Of a stretch of DNA of 42,587 bases, positions 35,922 through 42,587 are shown one piece after another. The DNA lies in assembly GCA_032718475.1 (NCBI GenBank), contig JAUCBJ010006699.1, positions 1 to 42,587 on the forward strand, given 5' to 3'. Each line of letters opens with the position of its first letter. Positions within the stretch are counted from its first letter, which is position 1. A program made the position numbers and the translations under genes. Source of the stretch: Nemertoderma westbladi. Lineage: Eukaryota > Animalia > Xenacoelomorpha. The notes below the pieces were generated by a model that searched no databases, was not told the origin of the DNA, and saw nothing but the letters and a program-made list of their open reading frames with translations.

Positions 35922-38900
35922 ATGTCTGACACTCAGCAAAACCTGTCAGACAGCCTAATCGATACAACCATCTGTGACACAGATAGGAGTGTTGAGCGAT
36001 TAAGAAAGGAGTTCAGCTCACCTCCTACTGAAAGAAAAGTCATCCCTCCAGTAGTGATATCGGACCCTAAGCTAATCCAACACCGTAGGTCCATCATCGG
36101 CACTCGGGCCCAAGTCAAACGGAACCAGGAAGCAGCTGTCCCACAGCAGCAACAGCCTAGTCAAGAAACTTGTTCCCAGCGATCCGATAGCTCCAGTAGT
36201 TCGGATACTGTCGAACTGACCCCCGAACGCGGATTGCAGATGATGGCTAAAGCCTACTCGGACCCCCTTCTCACCCTTCCTGCCGCAGTGCTAACAACTA
36301 TATTGATTGCGGTGGAGGAACATCAAGCAGATTGGGCGAGAAATAAGCGAGCGACCCAAGATAATTATGCGGGATACGCCAGGGAAGAATTGATGTCTAT
36401 TGTCGAGTCACAATGGAACTTTCCCGGACCCGGACTCCCATTAGATCTGTCCGAGGCTACGTGGGAAGATATACACAGGATGGGAGTGGCTAAAGATACG
36501 ATGGATCCAGCTGTTTGGAAGAGGTCGGCAGCAGGATATGTGCAGGGATTCTTCGGCTCCTTAGAGCGATTAGAAGAACAACTGTTTCGACAACCCCAAG
36601 GACCTCAAGAGCAGGAAGAACTGCTATATCAAGTACGCGAAAGAACCCTACGCATTCGACTAATCTTATCAGCTTTTGAAGAAACTTCCAAAAGAAGACA
36701 GGACACGTCGCTGCAGGTTGCTGTCAAAACTTGGTTCCAGCGGGTAGGTCGCAAAGTACAAGAAACAGACCAGTGGAAATCCCAGCTGTCTAAGAGACTA
36801 ACTTATGAAGAACCAACCGATGCCACCCTTTCTCAAGTGGAAGGCGAAGAGACCTCAGAGAAACCACGAACGAGAGACGCCATAGACATATATCTGTCCG
36901 ACTATCAGCGATTCCTAGGAGACGAAGAGTTGAGGAGACGGCTGTCTGGACTTTCCCCTAATAGTGAAGGAACCCAGCGTGTGTTAAACTCAATTGATGC
37001 TGAAATGTTAGCGGCTAACCAAGCTGAGTTTGATGAAAAACTTCGCCTCACTAGAGTCCAAGAAGAACAAGTAAAGAAAAGACGGATTGAGGAACGAAAG
37101 GCGGCAGCAGTAGCAGCGGTAATGGCAGAAGCAGAAGTGGAGCGAAAGGCAGCAAAGGCAGTGGCAGAAGCAGAACGGAGAGCGTCTGAGGAGACTACCC
37201 AACTGGAGTTGGAAAATCTGCAAGAGACGCAAGACAACATAAATAAACAGTTAACTGCTAGTCACATGCAGATGATGAGAAAATCTACTCCCAAACGCCA
37301 GGGATACACATCATCGGAAGAAAGTGAAACCACCGACCCTGAAGGCGGAGGGAATAGATCTCGTCTAAGCAGGCGTAGAAAAACATCTCACCGTCACAAA
37401 TTGCCTGATTTGCCCCCAGCTGTTAGAAGACAACTAGCTAGCACAGACTTAAGTAGTATAGAACCTACAGACCAAATTATTAAGGTCAAAAGACTCCCCA
37501 CTATAGTTGATGAGCCTGAAATAATTAGGCCTGTCATTCCCAAAGTCACCCCTGTGCTAGAAACTCCTGTACTTCCAGAGCTTAACTCTAAATTCCCTTT
37601 ACATAGTACTACACTGCCTGTACCCGGTAGAACAGTCCATGAGAATATCCCTGTCCTGGAAGCTGAGAGAGAAATCAAAGATTTGTCTCCCGTCGTCCCG
37701 CGTCAGCCCGCTACAATGTTGGCGACTCCCGCTTCGGTGGTTGAGTGGGTAGAGGAGGGACGGCGGGGGATGAATCTCCTGCTCGGACAGATGCAGGAGA
37801 CTGTCCACCAGCTTAAGGGAACAGTAAGGGAAGGTAGGGCCGAATTGCAAGAAGTGCAGCAAAGTATCGCACTGGAACGCGACAAGTTAGTCAATATACA
37901 AAAGGGCATACCAATACCCCCTGTAACATTGTGTCAACCTGTTAGGTCTGAAGTATTACATGCGCAAGGTGTGGAGCCTACACGCATCTATACTGCTAGT
38001 GAAGTAGAAACTCCTATAGCAAACCCTATTAAGGGTGATTATAGACCTGTTGTTAATGATATTCCCTATAGACCTGATAATGATCCGAGAAATTTATATA
38101 CCGATAATTCGATATTAAATAACACGATGGCCCAAGAAAGCTTTACGCGGCAGATGGCTAGAACAGAAGCCCGCCAAGCGGTCAAAGTGGGACAGATCGT
38201 CAAATTCAATGGAGATGAGATGAAATGGTTACCTTTCAACGAATATTACAAAGACAGTATACAGAACTCTGTGCTATCTAACGGAGAGAAACTTAGGTTC
38301 CTCATCAAGTGCTTGGAAGGACCTCCCAAGTTAATGGCGTTAAAGTTTATTGGACATCCAGAAGGATTAAGACAAGTATGCGATACATTAAACATCAGGT
38401 ATGGTAACAAGGATAACATAGCTAAGTATTTGTATGCAAAATTAGTAGCCCCCCGACACTTCCTTAGTAGCGGGATTATAGAGTTTTCCGATGAAATTCA
38501 GGAGATCTGTAGACAATTGGACTGGTTAGGTAAGTCTCATGAATATCAGAGTTCAATGGTTATTGGAGCCGTAGTCTCTACTTTACCAAAGGGTGGAGTA
38601 TGTACACGCTGGGACAAGAAAGTGTTGTACATGAATGAACAACAACGACGAAGTCCTACCATGGCTGATCTCATGTCCTTCTTGGATGGTGAGGTAAAAC
38701 TACAACTCATCAAGCAGTCCAGAGAGAAAACATCGGAAAATAAGGTAAGTGAGAAACCCGCTTCTAGGAGAAGAATAACACCGGTGTGTTACACTGACGA
38801 CGGCGAAAGCCAAGTTTCTCAAGAAGAGGACAGCGGGAAAGACACTGAGAGATCTTACTACGTTGACAAAACCCCAAAAGATGTAAGTAAATATAAAGCT

Positions 38901-39956
38901 CGAAACAACGATAGGAGAGAACAGGTTGCCAAGACCCCCCCTCAGTCTCCTAACAGAATGCACCGAAGAAAACCCGAAGAAAAAACGAGAGTGCATCAAG
39001 TTACCCAAGGTAAAGTGAGTAACATAAAACCTAACTGTGCGCTGTGCGACGGGACCCACCGTTTGAGTGCGTGTGCTGAATTTCTAAAGAAATCCCTTGT
39101 AGACAGACGTGCAGTTGTGTGGGACAAGCGGTTATGCTATAATTGCCTCAGACCAGGACACCAACGGCGAACCTGTTACTCCGACATAAAGTGTGCAAAG
39201 TGTGGCGCGAAACATCACATCTTGTTACACAGTGAGTTCGAACGAGACAAACAGAGTCAGGTAAGTGAGCCCGAACTACATGTCCAATTCAGTGATGTAA
39301 ATGACACTGATCAGGAGTCTGAGATGGAAGGATTCTATACTGACGAATTCTCCGACGCCAACGAATCCTGTTATCTAATCAATACCGCAGTGTATCGAGC
39401 ACTTACTTATGAAAAGGACACCAACAATGAGTTTCCCCCAACTACTTTTGCCAAACAACCATCTTGGAAAGCTCCAACTTCCAACGTAGGAATCAGAGAA
39501 TTTCCTGTAGTGCAGGTAAGAGTTCACGGTCTTAACAAAAGTTACATAGTGAACGCCCTCCTTGACTCCGGCAGCACAGGAACATTCATCGATCAAGAAT
39601 TAGCCGAAGATATCTTTGCTGGACAACCCAAATTCCGGACTAAATTGAATATGTCAGGAATTATGCAGGTTTGGAAATCTACCTTAACGGCAGATTACTA
39701 TGTAGGTGTGTTGTCCACCCCCCAGGATAAGTTAGGAGCACAAGGTATAAGGTCGGTAAAAATGGTGGCTATAAAGAACTTCGCTACTACTCAAGCAGAC
39801 CTTTATAATTGGGACGAGGATGAGAGCATCCAACATCTTAAGATACCTCGATTCCAGACAGATTATCCTGGAGTGCAAATACTCATCGGCCAGAACGCGC
39901 ATGAGGCGCATGAGCAATCGGCATGCAGCATTGCAGCTGCATTATATATATACTGA
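35922..39956 (+). CDS. BEL/Pao LTR-retrotransposon gag-protease polyprotein, truncated (no RT, RNase H or integrase)
   Basis: DUF1759-like KFNGDEMKWLPF...LSNGEKLRFLIKCLEG; triple knuckle CALCDGTHRLSAC / CYNCLRPGHQRRTC / CAKCGAKHHILLH; aspartic protease ALLDSGSTGTFI...ILIGQN. The last ~12 codons derive from the adjacent RTE fragment. Confidence 0.93.
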   Translation: MSDTQQNLSDSLIDTTICDTDRSVERLRKEFSSPPTERKVIPPVVISDPKLIQHRRSIIGTRAQVKRNQEAAVPQQQQPSQETCSQRSDSSSSSDTVELTPERGLQMMAKAYSDPLLTLPAAVLTTILIAVEEHQADWARNKRATQDNYAGYAREELMSIVESQWNFPGPGLPLDLSEATWEDIHRMGVAKDTMDPAVWKRSAAGYVQGFFGSLERLEEQLFRQPQGPQEQEELLYQVRERTLRIRLILSAFEETSKRRQDTSLQVAVKTWFQRVGRKVQETDQWKSQLSKRLTYEEPTDATLSQVEGEETSEKPRTRDAIDIYLSDYQRFLGDEELRRRLSGLSPNSEGTQRVLNSIDAEMLAANQAEFDEKLRLTRVQEEQVKKRRIEERKAAAVAAVMAEAEVERKAAKAVAEAERRASEETTQLELENLQETQDNINKQLTASHMQMMRKSTPKRQGYTSSEESETTDPEGGGNRSRLSRRRKTSHRHKLPDLPPAVRRQLASTDLSSIEPTDQIIKVKRLPTIVDEPEIIRPVIPKVTPVLETPVLPELNSKFPLHSTTLPVPGRTVHENIPVLEAEREIKDLSPVVPRQPATMLATPASVVEWVEEGRRGMNLLLGQMQETVHQLKGTVREGRAELQEVQQSIALERDKLVNIQKGIPIPPVTLCQPVRSEVLHAQGVEPTRIYTASEVETPIANPIKGDYRPVVNDIPYRPDNDPRNLYTDNSILNNTMAQESFTRQMARTEARQAVKVGQIVKFNGDEMKWLPFNEYYKDSIQNSVLSNGEKLRFLIKCLEGPPKLMALKFIGHPEGLRQVCDTLNIRYGNKDNIAKYLYAKLVAPRHFLSSGIIEFSDEIQEICRQLDWLGKSHEYQSSMVIGAVVSTLPKGGVCTRWDKKVLYMNEQQRRSPTMADLMSFLDGEVKLQLIKQSREKTSENKVSEKPASRRRITPVCYTDDGESQVSQEEDSGKDTERSYYVDKTPKDVSKYKARNNDRREQVAKTPPQSPNRMHRRKPEEKTRVHQVTQGKVSNIKPNCALCDGTHRLSACAEFLKKSLVDRRAVVWDKRLCYNCLRPGHQRRTCYSDIKCAKCGAKHHILLHSEFERDKQSQVSEPELHVQFSDVNDTDQESEMEGFYTDEFSDANESCYLINTAVYRALTYEKDTNNEFPPTTFAKQPSWKAPTSNVGIREFPVVQVRVHGLNKSYIVNALLDSGSTGTFIDQELAEDIFAGQPKFRTKLNMSGIMQVWKSTLTADYYVGVLSTPQDKLGAQGIRSVKMVAIKNFATTQADLYNWDEDESIQHLKIPRFQTDYPGVQILIGQNAHEAHEQSACSIAAALYIY

Positions 39957-40145
39957 TATAGGCCGTATTAAGAATGCTGTGCCGGCTTGTTGACACAAGT
40001 GCGCCTCCACAACTCCGTTACACTCTTACAGCCTTATCACCCATGACATTTGCTAGATCATCCGTATCTTCAAGGCCAGTGTCCTCTGAGACAGTAAGAA
40101 AGATGCGTCTCAAGAAAGTCATGGGCTGTCCACCATCCCTATTGA
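39916..40145 (-). mobile_element. RTE-like LINE 3' end that truncates the BEL ORF
   Basis: Minus strand GGQPMTFLRRI...DTGLEDTDDLANVMGDK...ELWRR, homologous to 1780-1950; ends GCATGCCGATT as at 11561-11570. Confidence 0.75.
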
Positions 40146-40159
40146 AAAGTTTTATTTTC

Positions 40160-40460
40160 TGCGCCGAACGCGGCGCCGGGTGCCAAAAATCCTGCGCCGG
40201 CTCTGAGCAAAACCACGCTGGGTGCCAAAAATCCTGCGCCGGCTCTGAGCAAAATCACGCCGGGTGCAAAAAATCCTGCGCCGGCTCTGTGCAAAACCGC
40301 GCCGGGTGCAATAAATTATGCGCCGGCTCTGCAAACCCACGCCCATGGCCATGCCGGGTGCAAAAATCCTGTGCTGGCTCTGTGCAATGCAAAATGCTGC
40401 GCCGAGTGAAAAATCTTCCACCGGCTCTTCAACCGCTGACGCCGGCTCTGCACCGGGCTG
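40160..40460. repeat. GC-rich 42-bp tandem repeat (~5-6 degenerate copies)
   Basis: GCCGGGTGCAAAAAATCCTGCGCCGGCTCTG units at 40175, 40217, 40259 and 40301. Confidence 0.85.
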
Positions 40461-41614
40461 ACTGGTGTAAAATATAAAATCTGGCTGTTATACTGTACAG
40501 TACCTGTAGTTTATTCGGTTATCTATAATACTGCAGCTGCACTAATCCGAGTTGTTACTTAAACGAACGAAAGTTGTGGGTGGGTGAAACAGTGAAATGA
40601 AAATAAGGATACAGAGACGGAAAACCTTAATAAAGACAAATGCAACAAGTACAGTAGGTAGGTACATTGTTTTATTCAAAAGTGTAACATTACGAAACAA
40701 CTACTTAAGAAACACTGCATGTAAATTTTTGTTGTCAAGTAAAGTGTACATTTTTTGAAATTACTCAAATGTTACAATATGAATTATAGAAAGAATATTA
40801 AAGACTACTTCAGTAGGCCTAGTCCTTGTATTTATGTACTACGTTCTACTTTATTACATACTACGTAATGTGGTCCTATGCGTCTATGCTACATATACGG
40901 TATGTCTGAATGAATAATGACTAGCTGTATGTTATGTTATGTTTATTAATATCGCCAGAATAACAATAAAATATTAATTTTTGCACATGTACGTACACGT
41001 ACAGTAGATTAAAATAAAATGAGCACTTATCTGCAAAGTACGCTAATAAGCGTATGTATGTACTATTGTAATAAAAATACGGATAATGGTATTCAGGTAA
41101 AATTAGTAAAATAATTAAAATTATAGTTTATTTACAGTACTTACAGTTGGTGCATATTAATTATAAAAAAAAAATGAAATTACAGAAAAATTAAATTAAA
41201 AACCGGCAAAGCATACTTACAGTAGGTTCAAGGGCTTCAACAACATACAGTACTAAAGGCAAACATATTAATAAGGACAAGTTTACAATACTCTATAGGA
41301 TACAACACAACAATACGTAGTTATACGGAACATAAATTTGGTACCGTACAGTAGGTATGTCGCATAAGTAATATATTACTGCTGAAATAAAACGTGCAAA
41401 GTAAAGTAACTACAAAAGATAGGAAAACAATTAAACATAAAAAATCACTATTTTAAAATTTAACACAAAAAAAAGTTTATTGGGATTGAAAAAATGAAAA
41501 TAATAGGTACTGTAGCTAGATTTTAATAAAGATATCGTTGTATCCGAAAGATATCGCTTTCGCTACTGCCACTTGGCGCACAGGAGTATCACTATATATT
41601 CATTTTAAAGGACA

Positions 41615-41885
41615 TTTCGCAGTCTAGTCTATTTTTCAATACAGTATGCTCAATCATGGAGTACCAAGGGTATTATGTGCATTAACAACACTTTCCGGTA
41701 ATGGTAAAGGATTCCAAATGTTTGCAACGCTGTCTGCAAAGTTGTTGCGTGTTAGCATTGGTGGATCGAAACTGGAAGAAATTACTTTGCTCAAATTTGT
41801 CAATCCCGTTGATAAACTTGTATGTTGTTATAAGGTCGGCTAGTACACGGCGATATATTAATGTCGGTAGTTTGAGTGCATAGTC
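41615..41885 (-). mobile_element. CR1-like LINE 3' fragment
   Basis: LKLPTLIYRRVLADLITTYKFING...FF, then after a frameshift VANIWNPLP..ESVVNA and LKNRLD. Confidence 0.8.
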
Positions 41886-41919
41886 GGTTTTCATATGACA
41901 ACTCAGCCAGTGATAGTAC

Positions 41920-42080
41920 AACTGTACAAGGCGAGTGACCAGGCGAAAGCAATGTCCCGCAAAGCGGAGGCGGCTTTGTTCTAGTGTCAAGCTTGGGGGA
42001 ACTAATGAGACACCTCCAACTCCAATGTTATATAGTGTCTGGTTGGAGATGTGTGCATTGTACTTGACACAGTGAACCTA
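41920..42080 (-). mobile_element. RTE-like LINE fragment (upstream part of the 39916-40145 copy)
   Basis: Reverse complement matches 1585-1730 (HISNQTLY...LEQSRLRFAGHCFR). Confidence 0.75.
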
Positions 42081-42465
42081 ATCAAAACAATTAGTCAATA
42101 AACATTAACTCAATAACATAATAGGTTACAGTTTACAGTAGTCTTATTTTTGCCATACGAAAATACCACAGGTATGGGTATGAATGAACTATACAGCTAT
42201 AACTCAACTACCGCTACCGCGGTATACACCGCTAAGGCAGTAAGGCTACCACAAAGCCATACCACTACCACAAAAAGTAACTACTGATGTCTGACTGTAC
42301 GTATGCGATCCCTGCTTATAATACTTATAATAATTAATTTGATCATTAAAATAATGTTGCATTGTAATTATATAATATATATGTACTGATACGGGATGCA
42401 GTTTTGATTGAAATACCGATATACAGTATGACAGGACAGCATGGCTACACTTGGAGTTGTACTAA

Positions 42466-42540
42466 AGTCCAATATTGGACTTTGGAGTCCAAAATTGGAC
42501 TTGAAGTCTAAAATTGGACTTGAAGTCCAATTTTTGACTT
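42466..42540. repeat. ~20-bp palindromic tandem repeat AAGTCCAAAATTGGACTT x4
   Basis: Read directly from the sequence. Confidence 0.8.
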
Positions 42541-42587
42541 CTCATCTCACCGACTGCTAGATAGTCAGATAGTAGATAATTATTACT

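Noticed and set aside
39974-40477. 167-aa Cys-rich ORF
   Set aside because: Antisense RTE fragment fused to a 42-bp tandem repeat.
1585-42080. Giant inverted-repeat element bounded by 1585-1730 and 41920-42080
   Set aside because: These are independent decayed copies of the same RTE LINE family, and another copy lies at 11370.

Overview
Repeat-rich animal-type genomic DNA with no prokaryotic features. Host genes: (i) a probable 3' end of an unidentified spliced gene on + (candidate exons 1-38, 1077-1113, 11780-11928, 12628-12738), one intron of which holds an ~8.5 kb G-rich 36-41 bp satellite; (ii) a single-coding-exon GAS2-family gene on - (17003-19537) with CH and GAR domains at the C-terminus and SxIP motifs in a long N-terminal disordered region. 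The right half is an LTR-retrotransposon complex with three related ~1.25 kb TG..CA LTRs (A 25034-26275, B 31289-32405, C 32405-33688). B and C are joined head-to-head. Leftward lie a near-perfect 31 x 87 bp array, each unit carrying a splice-acceptor-like site, then an intact triple zinc-knuckle ORF, a PPT-like tract and LTR A. Rightward lies a BEL/Pao gag-protease ORF truncated by an RTE LINE. LTR C has no tRNA-type PBS but is followed by an 11-mer complementary to its own interior, which may indicate self-priming. A 400 bp Penelope-like insert with a minimal hammerhead ribozyme sits in the left edge of the satellite. LINE fragments, a tRNA-derived SINE, MITEs and minisatellites fill the rest. 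All identities and alignments were estimated by eye; no searches were run.
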